Shown here in pieces: positions 24,921 to 38,666 of a stretch of DNA of 64,000 nt. Source of the stretch: Octopus sinensis (Eukaryota); the NCBI RefSeq assembly GCF_006345805.1, contig NC_043005.1, forward strand, positions 71,424,001 to 71,488,000. Reading direction: 5' to 3'. The notes under the pieces were generated by a model that saw only the letters and a program-made list of their open reading frames with translations, had not been told where the DNA came from and searched no databases. Numbering within the stretch: the first letter of the stretch is position 1; each line of letters starts with the position of its first letter. A program made the translations under genes and the position numbers.

Positions 24921-26329
24921 AATATTAAATCTTTGTGATTTTTGTGTTCATATTGCAACATACTAATTTATAAACAGATGTTAAGGGACTTTGCTTTCAT
25001 TTTTATATTTAAATTGTATTTGTACATCACCATTGCACTTATTTAAATGAATCAAATCATGAGAGATATAGTTCTTTGCCAGGATGCAATGCAGTGTTGC
25101 GATGATTACAGGACATGAATTATTAATTTCTAATATTGGCAAGCAACCAGGAATTTAGTAGGGAAGAACATACTCTCAGTAAAAGTTAATTCCAGTTTAT
25201 GATTCATACTTATTTTACCAAGGCAGAGTCACCCTCAATAGGGTTAGAAATAACAATGCACAAAGATGCAACTAAAGCCTTCAAGGCATTTCATTTGCTG
25301 CTCCACTAGTTCTGCCAATCCATGAATTATTCACATTTTTAACTCTTTATTCAACTCTCTCAAGAAAAATTAAGCCAAGAAGAATGCGAACCAGCAAAGT
25401 TGTTTGAGCATTACAGAGTCTGTTCTGGTTTCCTGCATTCTGTTTTCAAACCCTATCAAGATCACCTTTGTCTTTCATCTTTTTATAGGGATCAATGAAA
25501 TATCTGTAAAAATATTACAAAGGGAAGGGTCAAACAAGAGATGTTACTTCCAGGTGAAAATGTAAAAGGGATGCTAAATTTCATCTTGCTTATAATACAT
25601 ATTAATTAATGTACAGAAAAGGGCATGAAAAATATATTTGTCCCTTTTTTATTCTGAGCATTGAGAACCCTTTCTATGCCACTGAGTACCTGTCCAGAAT
25701 ATTGGATTGTGGAAATATTAATGCATCAGACATGAAGCCCCGTGATATCTGTTTTGACTGTGTGTTCTTAATTCAAATTCAACATCTTGTCATTGGGAAA
25801 ATGGTAACATGGTAGAACAATAGCCCTTATCACAAAAATGCCCAAGACACTCATAGGAAATACAGCCTTACTGAAGTCCAGCTAGACCTGCAAAGTGTAA
25901 CCCACAACAATATCAGCTGTGATGTAACAAACCTATCATTTGAAAAAGATATAAACATACTGGATAATAAAGTTCTTTAAGAGAGTATAGTCAAACTTAG
26001 AATATCATTGAACATAGGTCTCTTCAGCTAGAATTGAATTTATGCTAAGCAACAATAAAAAACACACAGCAACAACATACTAATGTCTAAGTCTGTTGTA
26101 GTTCTAATAGAATGTAGATCAGTATCAAATGTTATTGTATTGACTGAATGAAGAAAGCATTGTCAATCTGGAAACCATAGCTGTTAATTTCAACTATTCT
26201 TCATCTGTCAGGAAGCAAATATGACTCGCGGCTGTCTGGTACAACCATATCTCCAATGAATCCACAGCTATAGATTTCCTACTTAGAGATAGTGCAACTC
26301 ATCCTGGATGTCTAGTGACATAGAAAGGC

Positions 26330-26560
26330 AGTGAGCTGGCAGAATCATTACCATGCCGGGTGAAATGCTCAGCGGTATTTCATCTGTTGTTACGTTCTGA
26401 GTTCAAATTCCACTGAGGTCGACTTTGCCTTTCATCCTTTCGGAGTCAATAAATTAAGTACCAGTTACGCACTGGGGTCGATGTAATCAACTTAATCCCT
26501 TGTCTGTCCTTGTTTGTACCCTCTGTGTTTAACCCCTTGTTGGCAATAAAGAAATAAGAA
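26330..26560 (+). mobile_element. SINE family B
   Basis: GGCAGTGAGCTGGCAGAATC...AATAAAGAAATAAG. Confidence 0.85.
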
Positions 26561-26598
26561 ATGTCTTCATACCATTTCTTTGCAGGTATAATCTACAT

Positions 26599-26867
26599 CA
26601 GTGGTTCCCAAAGTGGGCAATACTGCCCCCACCCCCACCCAGAGACGTTAGAAAAGTGGGGCAAAAGAAAGTGAGGTGATAACGGGGTGGCCAAACGGGG
26701 GGGCAATGGATGTAAAAGCAACAAAATAATGAATTAGGTTAACTTTTATTTGTGAAATACAGTTGTTTCAGAAAGTGATCTATGTTTGTGATGGTGAGAG
26801 AGGGGTGCTAGGAATGTGGCCTGGGTGCCAAGTGGGGCAGTGGCCTGAAAGTGTTTGGGAACCACTA
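26599..26867. mobile_element. hAT-type MITE (Charlie-like TIR)
   Basis: CAGTGGTTCCCAAA / TTTGGGAACCACTA; second copy at 30418-30691. Confidence 0.75.
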
Positions 26868-27088
26868 GTTTATATGTATTATAAGATTTTACAGGTATAA
26901 CCCCAAAAGAGATTATACTTGTAAAAGGCAGACATGTATGGTTGAACTTACCCAATATCTGGTATCCCCTGCAGATCCATGGATGCTGCAAACATACTGA
27001 TTTATCTTTCCTTCATGGCATATCTTTACAGGGACAATTTACTGCTACAATGATGTTTTACTAGTGTAACCTCTACAGAAAATCCAGA

Positions 27089-27513
27089 GGCGTAGGAGCG
27101 GCTGTGTGGTAAGTAGCTTGCTTATGAACCACATGGTTCTGGGTTCAATTCCACTGCATGGCACTTTGGGCAAGCGTCTTCTACTATAGCCTCGGGCCGA
27201 CCAAAGCCTTGTGAATGGATTTGGTAGATGGAAACTGAAAGAAGCCCATCGTATATATGTATATATATATGTGTGTGTATGTATGTGTGTGTATATGTTT
27301 GTGTGTCTGTCTTTGTCCCCCCAACATCGCTTGACAACCGATGCTGGTGTGTTTACACCCTTTAACTTAGTGGATTGGCAAAAGACACCGATATAATAAG
27401 TACTAGGCTTACAAAGAATAAGTCCTGGGGTCGATTTGCTTGACTAAAGGTGGTGCTCCAGCATGACCACAGTCACATGACTGAAACAAGTAAAAGAGTA
27501 AAGGAGTAAAGAG
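27089..27513 (+). mobile_element. SINE family A, full length
   Basis: Head-to-tail match. Confidence 0.9.
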
Positions 27514-27732
27514 GGATGGACCCTAAGGTGGACCTATAGTTATAACTAATATATGGCATCCCATGTAGCTCCATGCATGCTGCAAATATATTGATTTGTT
27601 TTACTTTCATGGTATATACCCTGGGGTAGAGAGGTGGTAAGTGCACTTGGAACTAGACACTTGTTTCTGGAAACAGTCCTGGCACAGTAGAAGTTACTCT
27701 CTCTACAATACCAATGACCGATGACAATATAG

Positions 27733-28075
27733 GTGCAGGCATGGTGGTGTGGTAAGAAGCTTGCTTTCTAACCTCATGGTTTTGAGTTCAGTCCCACTGT
27801 GTAGCACCTTGGGAAAGTGTCTTCTACTATAGCCTGAAGCCAACAGAAACTTGTGAGTGGATTTGGTAGACAGAAACTGAAAGAAGCCCATTGTGTGTGT
27901 GTGTTTATGTTTGTCTTCCACCAATTCTAGTTCAGCAAAAGTGTCGTATAGAATAGGTATTTGGTTTTAAAAAAGGAATAAGTCCAGAGGTCGATTTATT
28001 CAACTAAAACCCTTCAAGACAGTGCCGTAGCATGGCCACAATGAAATGACTGAAACAAGCAAATGTTAAAATATA
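27733..28075 (+). mobile_element. SINE family A, older copy
   Basis: Head-to-tail match with deletions. Confidence 0.8.
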
Positions 28076-29499
28076 AAAGGCCAACCATTGTTTTATCGTA
28101 GGTGCAATCTTCCATATTATAAACAAATATTGCTCCTGTAAAAATAAATAGTTCGTCTACTGATTAAGATTCAATATCCTTTGGTTAATCTGTTGACCAA
28201 ATTAAGGTGACATTGTCCACCTTAGATTTTAACCATTTTAGATCTGTCAAAAGCTAGTGCTTTCATATAATTTCTTTACAGGTGCAATTTTATGACATAA
28301 ACGACCCACTAGTTTACAAGCACACATTGATACTGTACATTTAAATAAGCTAATTTAATGATCAGATTTTAGTATGATGTGGTTACCAAATTGGCAGAAG
28401 AGAGGTGTCATCATACATCATCTGGGAATGATTTCCGATTGGTCAGAAAACCAATATTAACATAGAGTTTCTTTACTGGTATGGTTTTATAGCATGAATA
28501 ATCTTGCTGATTGCAAACACATATTTTTACTGTTGATTACATTAAGCTAATACACTGACCAGAATTTATTTTCATATTTCAGTTATAAATGCCATACAGA
28601 ATTTAATAGACTGAAATACAAACGTTAAATAGGAACATTAAATAGCTGAACGTGTTCATGGCAATGTTACGAAAGAAGCAAGCGTATAAATAATGCAAAG
28701 AAAATATAACAAATATTATCATTGCTGCCATCATCATCATCGTTATCAATATTAATATTATTAGTATTAATATAATCAGTGTTAGTATTATTATATTTAA
28801 CTCTCTTAATGTGAAGCCATGATTTTTCCTTCTCTCTTTTTGAGATATGACTATTCAAGAATTACCAAATGAAATATTCTTTAAAGTACTTGTAAAAAAA
28901 AAAAAAAGAATTGTAATGAACTATAATTACAAAGAAAAGACTGCCCTCACTACCTGGGGGTAGACTACAAAAAAATTGCTACCATACAAAATTATTGAAT
29001 AATGAATAGAAAAACAGAAAAAAAAAAGAAACATAAAATCTAAATACAGAACTGAATGTACAAAATGTTAAAGAAAATGAGCTGTTTAGTAAACAATTAA
29101 TAGAAAATTACCCCAAACACTCAAATAGCTACTTTTGAAGATAACAGTAATCATAACAGTGACACAGTTACAGTGATAACAATTAGACTGAGTCAAAGAA
29201 TATTGTCCATGCATGCTGTTGTTGTGCTAATGTGAACATTGCTTTAACACAAACTAAACAAACAAAATTTTGGACCTGTCACAGTTAAAAGTAGAATGCA
29301 GTTTGGAGAATTTTGGACAACTGAAAAGCATTTCTTTGCTAAATGAACTAAGTCCAGAAGGCAAAGACAAATGTGTGTGTCTGCTTATGAAAGAAAGGAA
29401 ATGAATTAAATCTTTTTTTCACGTGAGTTGTACAACAATCTCTTCATTTGGAAATGGTAATAATTATGGCCCTCTCTGCTGTACTTTCAAAACTGAAAA

Positions 29500-29715
29500 C
29501 TTAACCAAAATATTTCGTTTTGGGATTTGGTTTTCAAGATTCTTTATGTGAGTTCGTGTGTTGAAGCATATTCTGTTGTGTCTGGGGAATGTCATTTTCT
29601 TTTTGTGCCTTATAATTTAACACTCTTACTGGAAAAATTTCCACTTATTTCTTATTTTTATTTTCCTAAAATTTTCGTTGCGTCTTGCAACCTTTTCAAT
29701 AGTCTTGACCAAAAT
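29500..29715 (-). mobile_element. putative pLTR family 3 with hammerhead-like motif (29666-29702)
   Basis: Second copy in opposite orientation at 54125-54270; minus strand reads CTA-TTGAAAA-G-GTTGC-AAGAC-GCAAC-GAAAA-TTT-TAG. Confidence 0.6.
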
Positions 29716-29749
29716 AGAGTCTGAAAATGCAAGACAGACATTTGACTGT

Positions 29750-29965
29750 ATGAGAGGCTGACCATAAGTTCCTGGCTTTAAGAGTATAATGAAAGGCCTA
29801 GTTGGAGACCCAGCTTTCTGAGTTCTTTTACGGGCTTTAGAAAAACTAAAGGACCACTGCAATAAGTGTGTGAATCTGAGAGTGGAATATGTTGAATAAA
29901 ATCATAATGAACTAATCCTTCTGTATTTTTTTTACCCAAAGCCAGGAAACTTTCAACACACATAA
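29750..29965 (+). mobile_element. internally deleted mariner
   Basis: Partial TIRs AAGTTCCTGGCTTT / AAAGCCAGGAAACTT; C-terminal LEKLKDHCNKCVNLRVEYVE*. Confidence 0.65.
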
Positions 29966-30417
29966 TACAGTTGCACCCCGGGGTAATGGAGAAAAAAATA
30001 CAAGTGTGTTGATAATAGATAATGGAACTAAGATCGACATGTGGTTAGTAATCACTTTATTTTGGAGTACAAGTGAGTGATTTAAGCAGGGCTAATGAGA
30101 AATGTCATGTGGTCAGAGTACATCAAAATGGATTTACATGTTCTCTTGACCCTGAAGCTGATAAAGCTATTCCATGACTCTGCCTACAAGGAGGTGCCAA
30201 GACAAAGGGTATGAGATTACTGACACCGGGTAAAATGTCCAGTTTATACATGTAACATAGTAAGAATTATTTCAAAGCCTTGAAACTAAAAACAAAGTTT
30301 TTTTAATGAATGAAAATAATGCAGACTAACTAAAACCAACTAATTCTAGTTTCCAGAGTTATCAGACAAGATTCTTGGAATCGTAGGGGAAATTGCTTTC
30401 TGCCCAATATTATAAAC

Positions 30418-30691
30418 CAGTGGTTCCCAAAGTGGATGGTATTCCTTCACTGGGGGGATGTGGAAAGTTCCAATGGGGTGTTGAAGAAAAGTGGGGGCAA
30501 TAATGGGTTAGTGATTCAATTAAAGACAACAAAATAATGGGTTCATTAGTTTAAGTTTTATTTGTGAAATACAGTTGCTTTGAATTTGCTTCAAAAAGAG
30601 GTCTATGTTTGTGATAGTTAGTTGGGGTGGGGGCACTAGGAATGTGGCCTAAGTGTCAAAGGGGCAGCAGCCTGAAAATGTTTGGGTACCA
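30418..30691. mobile_element. hAT-type MITE, second copy
   Basis: CAGTGGTTCCCAAAGTGG start; internal match to 26599-26867. Confidence 0.7.
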
Positions 30692-30829
30692 AACTCCATC
30701 ATTTTGTGATGAGGAAGAAATAGACTGCAGAGGTAAATGTACAAAGTAGTGAAAGAAACATCATCATTATCAGTCTATGTTCACTTTTCTATGTTTGCAT
30801 GATTAGACAGAGATGCACCCACAATCACA

Positions 30830-31170
30830 CCTACATGAAATTACACGCACACACATACATATATTAACACACACATACATTAACACTCACGAATACTCAT
30901 ACATTGACCCACGTGAACATGGATACATCCACAATCACACCCACATACAATTACACAGACACATGCATTCATTAACACACACACACACACACATATACAA
31001 ACACACACTCACATAAACACAGACATACCCACAGTCACACCCACATACAATTACACACAGACACATACATACGTTAACACACACACACACACCACACACG
31101 CACACTCACATAAACACAAAAACACTCACATACAATTACATACATTAACACACAAACACACACACACACA
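30830..31170. repeat. CA-rich low-complexity tract with reiterated subunits
   Basis: CACACCCACATACAATTACAC repeated. Confidence 0.85.
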
Positions 31171-31934
31171 ATGGACTTCTTTGAGTTTCTGTCAACCATA
31201 TCCACTCACAAGTCTTTTTTTTGGCCCAAGGATATAGTAAAAAACACATACTCGAGGTGCTACACAGTGGGACTGAACCCGGAACCATGTAATTGTGAAG
31301 CAAACTTCTTACCACACAGCAAAGCCTGCACCTTTAAGAAAGAAACGCTAAAGAAGGAAAAATTTTTTTTTTTAATCTAAAAATTGCAAAGTCAACATAA
31401 AACAACATAAATGGGTGAAGATAAACAATTTCTTCAAGAGAACAACAATATTCTACCACAGAAAAATAATGAAGCAAACGATAAAGAATTAGAATTCACC
31501 ATCCTTAGTGATTCAAACAGACAACTAATTGACAAAATCACGTATCTGTGGTGCCAGGGACTTTAGAAAGAAGTATAAATGACACAAACACAATCAAGTT
31601 CAGAATATAGGCAACATGCAAAAGATAGATTGTTAGTAAAAAATAAAACATACAAAGGCTCTGTAATGAATTAAGACTATCTTACCATGAAGATGTTGGT
31701 GCTTTTAACTACAATCATCTCTCAAAATAATGCTTAGCTGGTGCTTTTGGATGCTCAAAAAGACAATATGGAAATTAGCAAACAGAGAAATATATAGGAT
31801 CTGATAGCCTAATCTTGCCAGTAATCATTCTTGCTTTATTTTCTTTTATTTACATTTTATTTTAATTTTTTTTTTTTTTTGTAGTTTCAACTCAGAGCTG
31901 CAGCCATGCTGATGAACTGCCATTTTGCTACACT

Positions 31935-32380
31935 GTTATTACTGAGAGTTTCCTCCAATATGTGGCACTTGGTGAAGAATGGAGTTTGATATAGCTACCC
32001 TCATTTGCACCTCCTGCCGTGAGGTAGGTTCATCTGGGACTCTCGACAGGAAGAGGTCCAGCTTTAATTTAAAAACGCCTACCTCTACTTTGTGCAGGTT
32101 CCTCAGGCTCTTTCGGAGAATATTAAAAAGCTGTGGTCCTTTGAAACCCAGGCTATTGCAGTAACTGGTCTTGAAGCATGATGGCATTGCTGGGATCTTT
32201 GGCACTATGCAGTGTCGTCCTGTTCTGGTATTGGTGTAGCTTTCAATGCCAAAATTTGGCACAATTCCTTCCAGGATCTTCTAGATGTATATTACTGCAT
32301 ACCTCTCCTGCCTTCTCTCCAGGGAGCAGAGTCTTAGCTGTTTCAGCCTTTCCCAGTAGATTTGTGTGTTTTCTCATACA
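31935..32380 (-). mobile_element. CR1/L2-group LINE 3' end
   Basis: ORF 31939-32262 (PNFGIESY..RTGRHCIVPKI..SLGFKGPQLFNIL..LRNL..FKLKLDLFL..VPDEP) preceded by a frameshifted LERR..YIWKILE-like segment. Confidence 0.8.
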
Positions 32381-32439
32381 TTTATTTTATTTCTGTACAA
32401 ATAATTAATTGTGAGGTCCCTGGCTTGATCCCACTGTGT

Positions 32440-32672
32440 GGTGGTGAGCTGGCAGAATCGTTAGCACGCCGGGCGAAATGCGTAGCCGTATTTCGTCTGC
32501 CATTACATTCTGAGTTCAAATTCCGCCGAGGTCGACTTTGCCTTTCATCCTTTCAGGGTCGATAAATTAAGTACCTGTTACGCACTGGGGTCGATGTAAT
32601 CGACTTAATCCGTTTGTCTGTCTCTGTTTGTCCTCTCTGTGTTTAGCCCCTTGTGGGTAGTAAAGAAATAGG
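32440..32672 (+). mobile_element. SINE family B, near-consensus
   Basis: GGTGAGCTGGCAGAATCGTTAGCACGCCGGGCG...GTAGTAAAGAAATAGG. Confidence 0.9.
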
Positions 32673-32997
32673 TATCTTAGACAAGTATATTCTACCATAG
32701 CTTTTAGCCAGTTACTTAGCAGAAACCCCTCAGTATTTGGAGATAAAACTCTTTTGGTGTCCCACCAACCAAATTATGATATTAAATATCTTTTCCTATC
32801 TGATTTTTCAGAAGTGGCTGCTCTGTTTCCTTGGGTTGACTCAAACCCTGTGCCTGAAATTGGGTAGAAAGAAACTATGTGGAAGTTTATTAAATTTATA
32901 GTTCCTGCAATTCAAAGGCTCACTTTTGTTGCATACGTTGTGTTGCAATGATTTGATCAAAGAATTATGTTAAAATGGCAAGCATTGGGAGAATAAG

Positions 32998-33680
32998 CCT
33001 TAATTTAACAAGCTAGATTTATTTTAGCATTCTGGTTTTAATTTAACAAATTGGTATCATTTTAGCATTTCAGCATTAATTTACGAAATTGCCATTTTTT
33101 TATTATTAACCCTTTCGTTACTGTATTTATTTTGAGATCCTCTGTATTTCTTTTAATTACTTTAAATATAACAAAGAATTTAGTAAAATAACACAGTTAT
33201 CATTCAGCTTGTGTTAGGAACATAAATTGTAACTAAGGTTTGGTAGAAGATTTTAATTCAAAACTTATGAAAACAAGACATTTGAATTCAGAGCCAGAAG
33301 TGGTTTCAGCCGGGTTGGTAATGAAAGGGTTAAGGTATTAATCTGACAAGTTGATATTATATAAGAAGTCAGGCATTAATTTAACAAGTTGGCATTAGTT
33401 CATCTTTTGGATACTAATTTAACAAGTTAGCATTATCTTAGCATTCAGGTATTAATTTAGCAAGTTGGCAGCATTTTAGCAATTAGCCATTTAATAATAT
33501 TTTAGAATTCAGGCATAAATTTAACAAGTAGGTATTATTTTAATAGGTATCAATTTAACAAGTTGGAATTATTTTAGCATTTAAACATCAATTTAACAAT
33601 TTGGTATTATTTTAGCAATCAGGTATTAATTTAGCAAGTTGGCACTATTTTGGCAATTAGTCATTAATTTAACAAGTTCG
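32998..33680. repeat. about 38-bp degenerate minisatellite
   Basis: Unit approximately TAATTTAACAAGTTGGCATTATTTTAGCATTCAGGTAT, about a dozen copies. Confidence 0.85.
33110..33329. mobile_element. piggyBac-like MITE
   Basis: TTAA-CCCTTTCGTTAC ... GTAATGAAAGGG-TTAA. Confidence 0.75.
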
Positions 33681-34517
33681 TCAGTTCAGTTGATCGAACA
33701 AGTGACTGTTCATTGTCATCAGAAGCAATGGAGAATATATCATATTATTAAAAGCATGATCCAACTTGAAATTCAGTAATTGTGTTTATATTAATTTAAT
33801 TAATTTCTGGTCAGTCACACCTGTACAATCATTAATTGGACACAAACCAAACTACATATGCTAAATAGATCTACAAGTATTATTATATAATGACAGCATT
33901 TGTCACTGAATTAATGTAATACACATACATACATATATACATTTGTATTTGTGTGTGTATATATATATATATATATAGCATATAGTCAGAGTGTCTAGAG
34001 AAGAGTTTTAATAAGCATTCTGTAATATGAGCCAATTAACTGAAGAAACACATCTACCAAATAATGAACAATATTTTCTTTCTAGAGTTGGGGGCATTTG
34101 CTGTCAACTTACACTAGAATATTTCAATGAAGGAATCTTTATGAGATTGCTTGACGTACTAGAAACAGCACTCAAATTTCCTGAAATCATATTGTCATTT
34201 AAATATAAATGAAACTTGCTGGACTAGGTAGTATTTCTGGTTATACAAGATAGTTATGAATTAGATCTCTTTAGTTATAAATGTGTTTTTCCAGAGCTGA
34301 TTTGAGGTTAAACAGCAATTATAGTTGAGATCAGGATGAAGTAAAAGTGGGGAAGTAAAAGGAGCCTTACCGTCTCCAAAGGGGAATGTTGCATTCAATT
34401 ATGTGACATGAATGTACTATGCCAGAATTAAGTATTTCATGATTAAGATTGAAATATTTTCCATCCTAAGTTTGCTCATTGAGACTAAACATCATCATCA
34501 TCATTTTTATGTCCACT

Positions 34518-34860
34518 GAAGGTGCACATGGTTCAGTGGTTAGAGCATCAGGTTCACAATCATGAGGTTGTGATTTCAATTCCTGGACTGGAGTGTATGT
34601 TGAGTTCTTGAGCAAGACACTTTATTTTACATTGCTCCAGTTCACTCAGCTGCAGAAATGAGTTGCAACATCACTGGTGCCAAGCTGTATTGGCCTTTGC
34701 CTTTCCCTTGGATAACATTGGTGGTGTGGAGAAAGGAAGCTGGTATGCATGAGTGACTGTTGGTCTTTCATGAACAACCTGGCCCAGACTTGAGCCTTGG
34801 AGGGTAACCATCTACGTGCAATCCCATAGTCATTCATGACCAAAGGCTGTCTTTTTACCC
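34518..34860 (+). mobile_element. tRNA/CORE SINE (family D variant tail)
   Basis: TGGTTCAGTGGTTAGAGC head, TCTTGAGCAAGACACTTT core; reverse copy at 44975-45300. Confidence 0.75.
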
Positions 34861-34977
34861 ATGGTGGTATGGGTTGGTCCATTCCAACAGGTTGCTATCT
34901 TGTTCTAATAACCCAGTTTTGGCTAAGTTCCTATGGTTAAAAGCCCTTCCTAATACCAACCACTTAGCAGATTCTAC

Positions 34978-35285
34978 TGTGGAGGCACATGGTCTAGTGG
35001 TTAGAGCAGTGGACTCGCGGCCGAGGGATTGTGGGTTCGAATCTCAGACCGGGCGATGTGTGTGTTTATGAGTGAAACACCTATGCTCCATGCTGCTCCG
35101 GTAGAAGGTAATGGCGAACTTCTGCTGACTCTTTCACCACAACTTTCTCTCCCTCTTTCCTCCAGTATCTTGTGGCTCACCTGCGATGGACCAGTGTCCC
35201 ATCCAGGTGGGGAACCTATATGCCAAGGAAACCGGGAAACCAGCCCTATGAGCCAGGCATGGCTTCAGAAGGAACAAATAACAGA
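34978..35285 (+). mobile_element. SINE family D
   Basis: TGGTCTAGTGGTTAGAGC A box, GGTTCGAATCTC B box; tail CCCATCCAGGTGGGGAA shared with 60985-61235. Confidence 0.8.
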
Positions 35286-35683
35286 TTCTACTAGATGCTT
35301 TCCTCAGGGCACCAGCACTTGTGAGGTCATCTTGTAACTTGAAAAACTAAAGAACTCCTACCTCAGTGAGGAAATCTAGGACCAAAGCATACAAAAGTCT
35401 GCACAAATTGAAACTGCTAATGCTTTTAGGAAAGTGCTTTTCTCCTGAAGTTGTGGCTTTTGTCAGCTCATACCAAGTAAATCTATGATCAAATGACATT
35501 CTAGCCATGACTATCCCCTTCTTGCTTTCTTTCTTCATTCATCTTTATAAAAAAGTACCCAGTACACTCTGTAAAGTGGTTGACATTAGAAAAAGTTTCC
35601 AGCCGTAGAAAGCATGCCAAAACAGAGAACTGGGCAAACAAATCAGACTGGAACCTAGTGCAACCTATAAAAATGGTCATTAA

Positions 35684-35716
35684 ATGATTATCATGATGAT
35701 GGTAGTGGTGGTGGTA

Positions 35717-35762
<46 letters not shown>

Positions 35763-35925
35763 CGACGACGACAATGACAACAATGATGATGATGATGATG
35801 ATGCCAACCATGATGACAACAATGATGATGATGATGACAATGACGACGACGACGATGATGATGACGATGACAAAAATGACAACAACAACGATGATAGTGA
35901 TGACGATGATGATAATGATGATTCC
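35684..35925. repeat. (GAT/GAC)n trinucleotide microsatellite
   Basis: Direct reading. Confidence 0.95.
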
Positions 35926-37349
35926 TTTGTTTTAGACGTATTTTTACGTTCGAGTTAAGAAGGAAGGCAGTGTCCATGACCCATTCCCAGTCTCTCTAAA
36001 ACTGGTGAGAGTAATAACGAAGCTCTCCTCAACTTAAAGACCTGCCCTGAATGCAAGCAACAGAGTCAACATCATTAAAGTCACCCCAAATACCATGGTA
36101 GTGGTGTTAAACTAGAACAGATTAAGTCTATTACCCAAGCAGGCCATGTTGAGATTTGTACGCAGAACAGAAAGAGCTGAAACAAGCTGGGTAAGTGGTC
36201 TTTCTTACAGTTCCATAAATCCACATCAAGATTGGTAAGTTTTGGTCAACTCTGAAAAGAAATATAAAGTTTACCTTGCTGGAATTTGAACTCAGAATGA
36301 GAGATTTGAACTTAGTAATTATTATCTAGTAAATTCATTTTTTAAGATGAATGTGTGAGAATTGAGTAAGAGTAGCACTGGCTGCTATTTCTACCAGATC
36401 AAATGACAACACAGAGGCTCTATTACTGGCTCATAGTCCTTCGTGAAGGTTTTAAGACCTTGCAGAAAGAAATACTTCTGTCATTTCTCAGTAGTTAACT
36501 CTGACCTTGATAGAATTTGAACTCAGAGTGAGAGTTTTGGACCTGGTAGTCACATTATCTAATAAATCCATTTTTTAAGATGATAGGGTGAGATTTGATG
36601 GAGAAAGGATTTCACTGTTATTTCTACAAGGTCAAGCAACAATGCAGAGATGCCATTGCTGGCTTACAGTTCTGTATCTGTATGAAGTCTTTTAAGCCTG
36701 ATGGAAAGAAATATATATTATTTTCATTTTCGCAGTAATTAAATTTGACTCCATATACAGACATGAACAATTGAATAAGATTATATTCTTGCAAGGTGAT
36801 ACAAAAATACATTGTTTTAATAATAATAATAATAATATTAATAATAATAATAATGATGATGATGATACTGATAACAATGATAACTTTTGTTATATATTTT
36901 GTGATCATTATTTTATTTTAAAAAGGTTTTATTAATTTATCATACAATAAATTTATTATGAATATGTCCAGACACTTAACTGTTGCAGTTTCTATTGGAT
37001 TAGTTTGCTTTCTGGAGATAAGTTATAAAACATTCTATCCATTTAAATGTTATGTTATTTTGTCTCAATAAGTAGGTAAGTACCTTTGGCATTTCAGTTT
37101 TATAGAAAATAGAATTCTTCATAGATTCTTCATTCAAGTGACTGCTTGAAAAATTCCATTTTTCAACAGATTGGCCATTTTTCTGACAAACATTTTAAAC
37201 AACAATAGTCAGTTATCAGATATATAATGTATACACATATATAAATACACATGCAAGTGGGTATGTACACACACAAACATGTACTGTGTTGGTTGTAGTT
37301 TAAATGCATTGCAATTTGTGAGATTTTGATTATCTACTAAGCAATTCTT

Positions 37350-37800
37350 GTCTGTTTTTCATCTTTTACTTTCTACTTGTTGTTCAGTCATTGAACTGCA
37401 GCCCATGCTGGAGCAACACCTTGAAGGGTTTTAGTTCAACAAATCGATCTCAGTATTTATATTTTCAAAGTTTGTACTTATCCTATCATCCCTTTTGCCA
37501 AATTGCTGAGTTATAGGAACATAAACAAACCAACATAAATGAGGGGAAAGACACAAACACTGAGAGACACACACACATATATATCATACACATAACTACA
37601 CACACACACACACTTACCATATACACAGTGACACACAAACACGCATACATACACACATATTCAATAGACTTCTTTCAATTTCTGTTTCCCAAATTGTCTC
37701 ACAAAGCTTTGGTTGGCCCAGGGCCATAGTAAAAGAGATTTGCTAATGTGCCATCAAGTAGGATTGAATCCAAAACCATGTGGTTTAGAAGCAAACTTAT
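37350..37800 (-). mobile_element. SINE family A, old copy
   Basis: CCATGCTGGAGCAACACC tail; GACTTCTTTCAATTTC and CCATGTGGTTTAGAAGCAAAC head. Confidence 0.6.
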
Positions 37801-37924
37801 TTGAGTGAAAATTTTTTCAATCTTAAGTTCTTTTCACACTTAAATTACAAATATTTACCTCCCTTTGGAAAACCATCTCTATGAGGTCATTTGATATGCT
37901 AGAAATAATGGCTAAATCTCTCAT

Positions 37925-38150
37925 AAACCTTTAGCATTTAATCCAAACATATCCAGACCAAACATTCTACTTGTTTTATGTAAAAACTATCCTGATCCAA
38001 CCTTTCACACCTAACCTACAATATCATTCTAAAAATATACAAACACACCGTTGAAATCACGGAGCTACATGGTAACGTGTGATTTATGGAAAATGATGTG
38101 AATAGATAAGCATTTCATTTGACAAAGAAATCTGAGTGCTAAATGGCTAA
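37925..38150. mobile_element. MITE-like element with short TIR (TTTAGCA/TGCTAAA)
   Basis: Terminal inverted match; related reverse fragment at about 13995-14110. Confidence 0.5.
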
Positions 38151-38583
38151 ATCTCAATCTTCCATATATATAAAGGAAAGATAATTTAGCTAAATTAAAG
38201 AAACAGATTGGTCACAGCTGAAATCTCATTGATGATAGGGGGCTACTTAATAAGGGCTGACTCAAACATTTACTCTCATATTATGATCGTTTATTTCATT
38301 GGAATTCCTGAGAAATTCAGCTGCTGAAAGACAGGCTCTTTCTTCCAGCAGACAAAAAAAAAAAGACAAAAGGAAATATGTGCAAAAATTTAGTGTAAAA
38401 GTAACAAAGACAACTTAATATACTATGAAGAAATGGAAGAGAAACTGGTATTTCAGACAATTTGTCCTTTGTCAAGATAAATAAGTAGAGAGATAAAGGA
38501 AAAAAGAAACGTTTCTTGGAGAAAAACATGCAAGTAGGATACCATTTATTTTCTCAACACTGTTTTTTTCTTTTCTTCATTAT

Positions 38584-38666
38584 CTATCTTGAAGATGGAC
38601 ATATCATGTGAAACTTTGATAGCTCTTATTTTAATTCATGGCTTGATAACATGAATTCGTTACTGT

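Noticed and set aside
25609-25979. Plus-strand frame with a single internal stop, or exon candidate IENPFYATEYLSRILDCG..
   Set aside because: No recognisable domain and weak splice sites; similar weak candidates at about 4449-4556 and 14872-14990 were also left out.
32998-33680. CRISPR-like periodicity
   Set aside because: Eukaryotic context, degenerate units, no unique spacers and no cas genes.
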